A DNA stretch of 64,000 nt from an uncultured virus (IMG/VR IMGVR_UViG_3300031992_001727). Its lineage: Duplodnaviria; Heunggongvirae; Uroviricota; Caudoviricetes. Below the pieces are notes generated by a model, which searched no databases, had not been told where the DNA came from, and was given only the letters and a program-made list of their open reading frames with translations. Position 1 is the stretch's first letter. Each line of letters begins with the position of its first letter. A program made the position numbers and the translations under genes. The stretch lies in IMG/VR virus record IMGVR_UViG_3300031992_001727. One strand, 5' to 3'. Positions 9,363-17,670 of this stretch are shown here, piece by piece.

Positions 9363-9631
9363 AGAATGTTTCGGATTTCGATGCCGTGTTGTTTGAGGAT
9401 GTCTCGCCATCGCAGTATGACTTCTGCCCGGTCTTCCTCGTCCTCGCACTGCGATAGTTCGTTGGCGAATCGGACGAGCATCTTTGCCTTGTCAAGTGTC
9501 TCGTCGGCTTGGTCATCGTAATCTTCGGCCTCGGAGAGCATAGCCTTTGACTGCTGGCGCATGGCATAGAATAGCCCGATGTTCACTCCGCAGCAGAGGA
9601 TGTTGAAAATTGAAAGGATGAGTGTTGTCAT
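9359..9631 (-). CDS. Hypothetical membrane-anchored protein
   Basis: N-terminal hydrophobic helix, 90 aa. Confidence 0.55.
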   Translation of the reverse strand: MTTLILSIFNILCCGVNIGLFYAMRQQSKAMLSEAEDYDDQADETLDKAKMLVRFANELSQCEDEEDRAEVILRWRDILKQHGIEIRNIL

Positions 9632-9888
9632 ATTGTCACTTCTCTTTTATAGGTTAGTTTGCCCTCGTAGCCGAGGTGGCGCAGATAGTCGAATATCTCG
9701 CGAGGTTTGTATTGGCAGAGCGGTTTCTGCCATGCCTCGTTTTCGGCAGTAGGGTCGGCGTGCTTGCGCAGGAATCTGCTGATGTAGCCTTGGGTCATGC
9801 CCACCTCGTCGGCGATCTGCGTCGTGGTGCAGCCTTGTTGCCGCATAGCCTTGACTCTCTCTACCAGTTGTGGGTCGGTCTGTCTCAT
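9628..9888 (-). CDS. HTH DNA-binding protein
   Basis: GCTTTQIADEVGMTQGYISRFL. Confidence 0.7.
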   Translation of the reverse strand: MRQTDPQLVERVKAMRQQGCTTTQIADEVGMTQGYISRFLRKHADPTAENEAWQKPLCQYKPREIFDYLRHLGYEGKLTYKREVTI

Positions 9889-9949
9889 GATTTTGTTGGT
9901 TTTGTGCCGGCGGGGTCGCCGGCAATACTTAACTTGTTGTCGTTGTCGC

Positions 9950-10483
9950 TCACAATAATCTCTTCCCTTTCTCGGTTGCCATGTGGCGGTCGATGATGGC
10001 CATCACCTGGGGGATGACAGCCTCGACAATCTCCTCGGCGATGTCGGCGTAGTACATCGACACGCGCTGGTCGCCGTGTTCTCCGTCGCCATCCACCATC
10101 TGCACGCAACGGTTCCACGCATCAGCCTGGTTGCGGAACATCTGGGCCAGCTCGTTGCCGCCCTGGTTGTCGATGCCCTCTGTCAAGTTGTCGAACACCT
10201 CGGCCATGCGGTCGGCGATGCTTGTTGCTATGTCGCCAGCGGCAAAGCACAGCAGCATGTGCCGCACCAGCTGCTTGCGGGCCTCATAAATCTCGGCCTT
10301 GATGCTGTCGATGGTCTTGTTCTGCTCACGCATCAGCCGCTCAATTCGGTCGGCCTCGCGGTCAAGACCGCTGTCACGCAGCACATCACGCTGCACCTTC
10401 ATGCGGTTGAGCTCGGCATAGGCAGCAGTCAGCCGATGAAGGGGTTTGAAATAAAATTTGCGGTTTGGTTTCTTCATAGTCAT
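9950..10483 (-). CDS. Hypothetical helical protein
   Basis: 177-aa ORF, overlaps dUTPase stop. Confidence 0.6.
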   Translation of the reverse strand: MTMKKPNRKFYFKPLHRLTAAYAELNRMKVQRDVLRDSGLDREADRIERLMREQNKTIDSIKAEIYEARKQLVRHMLLCFAAGDIATSIADRMAEVFDNLTEGIDNQGGNELAQMFRNQADAWNRCVQMVDGDGEHGDQRVSMYYADIAEEIVEAVIPQVMAIIDRHMATEKGKRLL

Positions 10484-10896
10484 TGTCCTGTTGATCCGTA
10501 GCCGCCGTTGCCGCGCTCGGTGTCGCTCAGCGTGTCGGCTTCGATGGGTTGCACATTCAGAAATGGAACGATGACCAGCTGGGCGAAGCGGTCACCGACA
10601 TAGTATCGCTTTCCGTTGGGCTTGTTGTCGAACTTGGCCGACACCTCGCCGCGGTAGCCGCTGTCAATCACGCCCACACAGTTGGTCAGGCGCATGTCGG
10701 TGCTGCTCACGCTGGAGCGCGGGAACAGCAGCCCCACATAGCCATCGGGTATCTCCATGGCGATGTCGCTGTGACACACCCACAGCTCGCCTTCGTAGCC
10801 GCACCGGCTCACATACATGTCAAGCCCAGCGTCACCTGTGTGCGCCCTTGTCGGCAGCTGAGCGGTGGGCGCGAGTTTTCTTACTTTGATTTTCAT
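10480..10896 (-). CDS. dut: Trimeric dUTPase
   Basis: Motifs AGLD, PRSS, GVIDSGYRGE, GDRFAQL, RGNGGYGSTG. Confidence 0.95.
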   Translation of the reverse strand: MKIKVRKLAPTAQLPTRAHTGDAGLDMYVSRCGYEGELWVCHSDIAMEIPDGYVGLLFPRSSVSSTDMRLTNCVGVIDSGYRGEVSAKFDNKPNGKRYYVGDRFAQLVIVPFLNVQPIEADTLSDTERGNGGYGSTGQ

Positions 10897-11052
10897 TTTC
10901 GGTTCTTTGTTTTACTTGGTTGATGAAATTCTTCACTGCCACGCATTCGCGCGGCTTGCGCTTGATGCCGTACTCGCATGCACGGCAGTAGCGGCACAGC
11001 ACGTCGGCCAGTGCGCTGGGCAGTACCGCTATCAGTGTCTCGCCTCGGTTGC

Positions 11053-11412
11053 TCATGATGGGTTCAATGGTTGTGGTTCGCGTTCTTTGTAGCCACGACA
11101 GCCGACTCGGGCAAAGTCGGTCTCCAAGTTGTCAATTCCGCGGAAGCACGGGTAGTTGACGCAGCGGTGGCACAGCCGTGGTAGCGGTGTCTCCTGCTGT
11201 TGCTTGGCTGTGCTGGTGTTCTCCTTGCGGAAGGTTACACCATTCGCCTTGCGGATGCCCATCTTGTTGGCTCTAGTCTTGACGCAGTGCGGTGCTCGGT
11301 GCAGCATCGCCGCTAGCTTGGTTGTCCGCATCATCGGGTAGAACTCGCGCACCATTTGGAGCTCCTTGTGTGTCCAGCCGCCGCGCTTCAGATTATCGGT
11401 TGTGTTGCTCAT
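11053..11412 (-). CDS. Hypothetical HTH + Cys-rich protein
   Basis: WT..E....REFYP...LAAMLHR....VK.RA; CxxC..YPC. Confidence 0.55.
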   Translation of the reverse strand: MSNTTDNLKRGGWTHKELQMVREFYPMMRTTKLAAMLHRAPHCVKTRANKMGIRKANGVTFRKENTSTAKQQQETPLPRLCHRCVNYPCFRGIDNLETDFARVGCRGYKEREPQPLNPS

Positions 11413-11541
11413 AACGTTCAGATTTTATTTGTCTCCATCGTGCCTCATGGTAGAGGATGATGGCGATATACATGGCTGCCGCCAGCACCAGCAGTGCCAA
11501 GATCACGGCCAGCAGCCCCAGGATGATCGTCAGTAGTGTTG

Positions 11542-11847
11542 TCATAGTCGTTGCAGTTTGAAGAGTTGTCTCAGTTGCCCGTCGTCGACGGGATGCAGTT
11601 TGTTCTCTGCGGCGGGCGATGCCGTGCCGATGTCGTAGATGTAGTCACCCTTGCCCTTGCCATGGCGCGCTGTGCGCCGTTGGGGCTCCTTGCGGATGAC
11701 GTAGATGCCGTGGTTGAACATCACGATGTCGCCCTTGGCGTAGCGTGGGTCACCCACGACATGGGGCTCAGGCATGGTCTTGCGGTAGCTGCCGTAGCCA
11801 TCTGGATAGACATAGTCGGGGTCGTTTGTCGGGATAATGTAGCTCAT
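11542..11847 (-). CDS. Hypothetical protein
   Basis: 101-aa ORF in operon. Confidence 0.5.
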   Translation of the reverse strand: MSYIIPTNDPDYVYPDGYGSYRKTMPEPHVVGDPRYAKGDIVMFNHGIYVIRKEPQRRTARHGKGKGDYIYDIGTASPAAENKLHPVDDGQLRQLFKLQRL

Positions 11848-12060
11848 AGCTTTTTCTTTTCGAACGGTACATCGGGAATCGGGATTACTTCTACACGGAT
11901 GCGGAATGCGCTATATTCTCCCTTGTCGATGAGATCATCCAGGTCGCTGAGCAGTTCTCCGCCAATGTCGTCTGGCAGCTTTGTTCCTTCATACACAAGT
12001 GCAATCTCATCTTGGTCTATGCGCAGCATATAGCCGTTGTCTGCCACCTCAAGCGTGGCC

Positions 12061-12423
12061 TCAGTCGTTCTCTTTATATTGTCCATTGTCATTGCGTTTT
12101 TGTCGTGCTATCGCTTTGATTTCTTTCTCTGTTTTGCCCTCTTTGATAAGTTCGATGATGCGGTCACGGCCCAGCTTGCGGTAGGCCGGCAGGAGCGACT
12201 TCAACACAAGGTCGGCTGGCTCTCCTGGCTCGATGGCTTTCTGCCTACCTTCTCGCGCAGCTATTGCGCTGCACTCCCAAAGGTCTCGGCCAAGTTTGTC
12301 GACGATGATGTATTCGCGTCCTTGAAATGTGATGCCTCCATAGTATCGTGCGACAGATAGTTGCGAGTTTGCCCAGAACTCCTCGGTCATCAGTAGTGGG
12401 TAGCGTTCGTCAGTCTTTTTCAT
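12061..12423 (-). CDS. Conserved hypothetical Bacteroidetes phage protein
   Basis: MTEEFWANSQLSVARYYGGI...EPADLV. Confidence 0.6.
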   Translation of the reverse strand: MKKTDERYPLLMTEEFWANSQLSVARYYGGITFQGREYIIVDKLGRDLWECSAIAAREGRQKAIEPGEPADLVLKSLLPAYRKLGRDRIIELIKEGKTEKEIKAIARQKRNDNGQYKEND

Positions 12424-12715
12424 TTTCTAGTAGTTTTGGATTGTCGTGTATGTTTCCGATGACCTCGCATGAACCAATATCGAAGTATGTTCCGTCAGGG
12501 AATTGTAATGCGTCTTTGTTGTCATAACTACCAATAAATGGGACAAACACATGCTGCCCAGCTACGATTCGTCCATAACCATAGGCTCCTCGATAAAACT
12601 CAACAATGACTTTCTGTCCTCTATGTTGGATGATGTCGCCATCATATATCTCTTTGCCATACTTGTCGTACAAGCCAGTGAACTGGCCGATGGTATCTGA
12701 TTCAACACTTGTCAT
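12410..12715 (-). CDS. YopX family protein (N-terminally short)
   Basis: TIGQFTGLYDKYGKEIYDGDII...EVIGNIHDNP. Confidence 0.8.
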   Translation of the reverse strand: MTSVESDTIGQFTGLYDKYGKEIYDGDIIQHRGQKVIVEFYRGAYGYGRIVAGQHVFVPFIGSYDNKDALQFPDGTYFDIGSCEVIGNIHDNPKLLENEKD

Positions 12716-12886
12716 AGTCGTTGTCTTTAGTAGGTTCGTTATGTATGTAATACTCGCAGTGCTTCGGGTCAAATATCGCAAACCACTGGTAGTCGTTCAT
12801 GGTCTGCCCAAGCTGCCATCTCAGGCATGTCGTGCGCATCGGGCAGCCCTTACCATCGCATGCTGCGATGTCGTTGTTGTGTCGTG

Positions 12887-13414
12887 TCATTGTTCGCCTC
12901 CTTTCTTCGGGCATGGTTGCCGTGAGTTGCAGCCCTCTTCGTGGCACTTGCAGCAAGGGATGCCCTTGCCGCATGGCGGATATTGGGCTACAAAGCAGTC
13001 GGGACAGGCTGTCTTATTGCTGATGCCAGCAATATGTTCGGGCGGTTGCGGCAAAGCCATCCAGTGGGTGACCTCACCTCTAATCCTGTCACCATCTTCA
13101 GGGTGTCCCTCATCAAACCAATATGGCGAGCCTATAGGGTTGTCTGTATCCACATCCAAGTTTTGGTTAAATGTTGCGATGCATATTGTGCCGTCGGATA
13201 GTAGTGCTGTTACTTTCTCGCTTTCCAACACATCTGATGGCGTCCCATCCCAGTTGTTATATGGGATATAACATCTCGGCAACTCGTCCTCAACGCTTAT
13301 CCAGTGAGGCATCCCTTGCAAGTGCAGTTGCCACACACGTTCCAAGAACTGCTCCCAGTGTTCTTTCACGTCATAAGCCATACTAACGTGAGCTTTAAAT
13401 TCTTCTTTAGTCAT
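12887..13414 (-). CDS. DUF551-like protein
   Basis: WISVEDELP...VTHWMALPQPP. Confidence 0.75.
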   Translation of the reverse strand: MTKEEFKAHVSMAYDVKEHWEQFLERVWQLHLQGMPHWISVEDELPRCYIPYNNWDGTPSDVLESEKVTALLSDGTICIATFNQNLDVDTDNPIGSPYWFDEGHPEDGDRIRGEVTHWMALPQPPEHIAGISNKTACPDCFVAQYPPCGKGIPCCKCHEEGCNSRQPCPKKGGEQ

Positions 13415-13416
13415 AG

Positions 13417-13740
13417 TCAAATCAGATAAGTTAAACAATACTTCAATGCCGCCTCAACTGCTTCTTCGTATGAATCTAAAGTTTCATCTACATATTTTTC
13501 ATTTCCAAGTAAATTAAATGCCTTATAAACTTGACAACACCATTTCTTCTTGCCATTTGCATTATAAGGATATGCAATTATATGCAAATCACATTCTTCC
13601 CTCAGCCACTTCATTGCCATTTGGTGTGTGATATAACACACACAAGGTATTTCGCTCATATTACCATGAGTTTGTCCATTAAACCCCTTTTCTTTAAGAA
13701 GTTTGGCTACTTCATACGAGCAATAATCTTCAGTTATCAT
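13417..13740 (-). CDS. Conserved hypothetical phage protein
   Basis: MITEDYCSYEVAKLLKEKGF...THQMAMKWLRE...SYEEAVEAALKYCL. Confidence 0.65.
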   Translation of the reverse strand: MITEDYCSYEVAKLLKEKGFNGQTHGNMSEIPCVCYITHQMAMKWLREECDLHIIAYPYNANGKKKWCCQVYKAFNLLGNEKYVDETLDSYEEAVEAALKYCLTYLI

Positions 13741-13824
13741 AGTCTATCCAGCCGAAAAGCCAATGATGTTTCTGGATGCTGTAAAACCCCATACTTTTAT
13801 ATTTCGCTCTAAATCTTGCCATAA

Positions 13825-14229
13825 CTATAACCTTATTTCTTTATCAATCCCAGCCATCCACATGGCATGCTGGAGTTCATGCAAATATTTAACTTTTATC
13901 GTTAGTTTAGAAAATGGTTCTTCGGCATAATCAATTCTCAACATTCCGTCAAAGTAATCTATGCGATACTCAATTAGCCGTCTACCATTGTTCTCACTAA
14001 TTAACCACCCGTCATAGGCTTGCTTAACAAACCCATTCTTCTCCAGTATCTCAGCGTTGAGGGGAATAGGACTGAATTTATTATTATAATCCCATAGATG
14101 AGGATGTCCGCAAGCAAAATGAGCAGAACCATCACCCCACTTATCTATGCGAGTGACTCTAAAATAATTGCCACTGAAGTGTTGAACCCAGTCGCCTATC
14201 ATCAGGTCTTTTGCAGTTATATTATTCAT
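13825..14229 (-). CDS. Hypothetical protein (YopX-like)
   Basis: DLMIGDWV...PIPL..EILEKNGF...YLHELQ. Confidence 0.6.
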   Translation of the reverse strand: MNNITAKDLMIGDWVQHFSGNYFRVTRIDKWGDGSAHFACGHPHLWDYNNKFSPIPLNAEILEKNGFVKQAYDGWLISENNGRRLIEYRIDYFDGMLRIDYAEEPFSKLTIKVKYLHELQHAMWMAGIDKEIRL

Positions 14230-14705
14230 CTTGCATCGCTTTTTGAAATTCTTCTATCATCTTGTAAGTGTCATACCCATTGTCTGTATCAAGATACTCA
14301 TGGGCATTGTGGGATAGCCACTGGCTGGCCCGCTCAATCAACGTGCGGTCAGCCCAACGAGCACCCTCTGTGAACGCCTCACGCAACGCTTGCATCAAGA
14401 AGCCGTGCGCATAACGCCCCTTGTTGTCACGGATAGCCACTTTGCCAGCGGACTGCCTAATCTCCTCGTCACGGCTCATCCTTCACCCCCTTCCTTGTCT
14501 GCCGAGTCTGGATATTCTTGCTCCTCGGTCATCTGACTGAGCAGCGTATTCATGTCGTGCAGAATTGACTTGACTCGATAGGTCGCGTGTTGCCAACCAA
14601 AGTTGGCAGCCAAGTATATCAAGAACTTCTCATGTTCGTTATATGTGACTGTCACGAATGTCTCGTCAACAAGTTTCTTTATCTCGGGATTAATTCGTAT
14701 CATAG

Positions 14706-15071
14706 CTATACTTCATTAAATTCGTTAAACGTATTCTCCCATCCATCGCACTCGGCGATAATATGCGACAGATGCTGCCTCGCTCTCACACCCATCGGTG
14801 TGGCCGTGTCGTCGATGCTGTCGAACATCGTCCTCGCCAGCTGCTTGCACTCGGCAATCAATTCCAGCGGTGTCATGTGGATGCTCGTCCACTCCCGCTG
14901 CGGGTCTCGCAGATTGTCAAACTCGTCATAGTCGTTCGACCAGATGTCATCGGTTCTGCGCAGTTCAAACACTGCTTCGATGTTGTACTCTTTTTCCTCC
15001 GGCTCCACCTGGTTGTACGGAGCGTTGGGATCAAATTCGGCACCCGGTGGGTACCACCCTGATTCTCTCAT
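14706..15071 (-). CDS. Hypothetical protein
   Basis: YPPGAEFDPNAPYNQ motif, 121 aa. Confidence 0.6.
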   Translation of the reverse strand: MRESGWYPPGAEFDPNAPYNQVEPEEKEYNIEAVFELRRTDDIWSNDYDEFDNLRDPQREWTSIHMTPLELIAECKQLARTMFDSIDDTATPMGVRARQHLSHIIAECDGWENTFNEFNEV

Positions 15072-15144
15072 AATGATTTGGTTTTTTGGTTTGGTTAAAA
15101 AATATTGCCTCTGTCTCGCTATGCCGTGGCTCCTGCCACGGCCA

Positions 15145-15597
15145 TCAGAACAGCGACATTTGCTCGCCGCTCTGGTATTCTTTCTCTATGTCAACAAACA
15201 GCTTCCTGAAAATCTCAGTCAGCACACCGACAACTATGCTATTCCCGGCCATTTTGTACTGCTGGCTGTTGCTGATGCCAGCCGCCTGGATCTTGTCGAT
15301 GTCCTTGTCATCGCAATCCATCAGTCTGTAGCACTCGCGCGGCGTCAGCTTGCGGATGTCAAACCGCAGCGTGCGTGTCTCCCCGTCGGGCTTGGTGAAG
15401 CGGAATCGGCAGTCGCCCAGCGGCTCAATCTGCGTGTCCTCGGTCAGTTCAAACTCGGTGTATTCGTATTCGTCTTTCATTGTCATGATAAAATTGTTGT
15501 CTTTCCAGTTGCCCTCGGCATTCAGTGTCGGGCATATTGCGGTCTGCATTATCCCACCACCGAAATAGCCGTGAGGCAGTCTAATTATCGCACTCAT
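15145..15597 (-). CDS. C5 cytosine DNA methyltransferase, separate C-terminal polypeptide (last module + motifs IX and X)
   Basis: IRKLTPRECYRLM (IX), QQYKMAGNSIVV (X). Confidence 0.9.
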   Translation of the reverse strand: MSAIIRLPHGYFGGGIMQTAICPTLNAEGNWKDNNFIMTMKDEYEYTEFELTEDTQIEPLGDCRFRFTKPDGETRTLRFDIRKLTPRECYRLMDCDDKDIDKIQAAGISNSQQYKMAGNSIVVGVLTEIFRKLFVDIEKEYQSGEQMSLF

Positions 15598-17670
15598 AGT
15601 ACTCCATGATTGGGTTATCTTTCAGCACGGTCGACAGCACATTGCTGCAACCGTCAGTCCTAGGCTCCAGGCAGCGGTGACGGAAGTTCTCCCGGTCGCC
15701 AACCACCTTGTGTATTGCTCGCCCCTTCTCCGTCCTGACGTATGCACAACAGCAGCGAGTCTTTGCCGACGCTTGTGATGGCATTTGCGACTGTGCCACT
15801 GCCGATTTCGATGCGCTGTGGCAGGTTGCAATAGTTGCGTGTGCGCATGGCGCAGGTGATATGTGTTGTGTCATTGCTCATCGTCCTCTCTCATGATGCC
15901 AACAACCATAAACCCGCCCATCGTCTTGACTGTTGGAAACTCGGTGTTGCTGTGCGTCTCGATGGCACAAGCATCGCTGTAGCCCCGTGTCCCCCCCCCT
16001 AATGCTGGCCGTGAACGTCCGGCCGATGTCCACGTTGTTCGCTATTCTCAGTCTCAATTTCTTCATCGCATTCAATTATTGTCGGCACCAGATTCCCCCC
16101 CCCCACTATAGTCGCACAAGCAGGGGGCGATGCCATGTCGGTCATAGACCACCCCCTTGCCTGGCCTCTTGCGTGTTGGCTTGATATAGAAGCCCAGCAC
16201 CCTTATCGTCTTGTCCGCATTCTTCATATTCTATCAGCAAGTTAGGAGATTTGTAGTCAGTGGCTATCAATGTCGGTGACAGCTGCATGAGTTGTACTCT
16301 CCCGAACCTTTTGAATGGGTCGGGCACTACAATCAGTTTCTTCATCGTCTTGTCCGCATTCTTCATACACATCTTCAAACACCAGCAGTTCACCCATGGT
16401 CGCAGTCAAGGCAGGGCATATCTTACCCCCCCCTTGCACACGCCCACGGCGAAACTTGCTGTCAGGATAGTTCAGGTCGAACACCGACCTCGGCGGGCAC
16501 GTCACATATCCCCTGGCCGTCGCCTGCGGAATCATCAACTTGAACTGGTTCATATTCAATCACACCAACGGCACAATACTTCTGCCCCCCCGCTTGGAGT
16601 TCATCAGATTGCCGCCGCTGGACTTATAATAATTACTCTTGATGCACGCTGCAACACCCGCATCGTCCACGTTGAGAAGTATTCTCCTCTTCATCCCATT
16701 CTATCACCATTTGTTGTCGGTCGCTCATCGGGTTCGCGTTCACGCAAAAGGCGATGCCCTTCACGCTCACCATGTCCTTGTCGCGGTCACCCACTTTCTG
16801 CATGATCAATCTTCTCATCAACCCCTCCATGATGCGGCACTGCCGCGTCCATCTCCCATTCTATCACATAGATTGCCGTCGTCCCCCCCCTCTGGCATAT
16901 CATCGCCGGCGATAGGTCAACAATGTGGTGTGTCAAGTCATTCTTGTCCCCCACATTGCCCCGGCTGTAGCCCAGTATGCGGCGGGTCTTCGGTGTATTC
17001 ATAAAGTTCTGTCACAAAGTAGAGGTTGTTGTGGTTGATGCGAGCCTTGATTGTGCCAGCGATGGGCGACACCACCATGTTGTAGGCATCAATCCACCAC
17101 CCCCCCCTAATCGGTATCTTCCCCTCGCGCAGCATCTGCTCCAGGTTCTTGCATCGTGTCACCATATACTTCCAGTATCATAGGTTCTCGGTTACCCCCC
17201 CCGTTTGTGGTCAATGCCGCAGCGATGCCGCGTGTGTCAAACACGTTGCCGGCATAATTCCTCCATGCTACATACTTGGGGTTGATAATGTTCGTTATCA
17301 GCATCATCTTCGGTGTCTTCATACACTTCCACTATCTTGCGCTCGTCGCCATGCCCCCCCCGACACACCGATGGGCAGATGCCGTCGGTCAGGTAGGCCC
17401 AGCCGTTGAGCTGGCTGGTCGGGTAGACGTGCAGGAATGGTCGGATTTCGGGTCTGTCCATATCTCTAGCAAAAAATTCCCGCTGATGTGCTGCACCAGC
17501 GTGTTGTAGCATTCCTTGTGGTAGTGCGAAGTGACCGCCTTGGCCACCTCTCGCCCCCCCCTAACAGCCATCGTCACTCGCTTGAGCATAGATGTGTCCT
17601 ACAAAGTTGTCGGTCTTTCTGCCCCCCCCGCATCGGCCGGTGAGGCTGACCGCGATGTCACTTTTTTTTT
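15581..17670 (-). other. Array of about 14 short overlapping module ORFs in the methyltransferase variable (TRD) region, with G7-G10/A9 homopolymer tracts
   Basis: Module starts (minus strand) at 17589, 17461, 17322, 17165, 17002, 16830, 16694, 16553, 16366, 16227, 16066, 15881, 15874 and 15597. Shared G(I/V)(A/C/S)P(T/A)L-like core. C-runs on + strand at 17622, 17554, 17354, 17195, 17100, 16883, 16585, 16426, 16095, 15991; T9 at 17662. Confidence 0.85.

Noticed and set aside
15581..17600. Methyltransferase middle region as a simply decayed pseudogene
   Set aside because: Regular +1 staggering, embedded ATGs, conserved module cores and intact catalytic/intein motifs argue for organisation; sequencing error at individual tracts cannot be excluded
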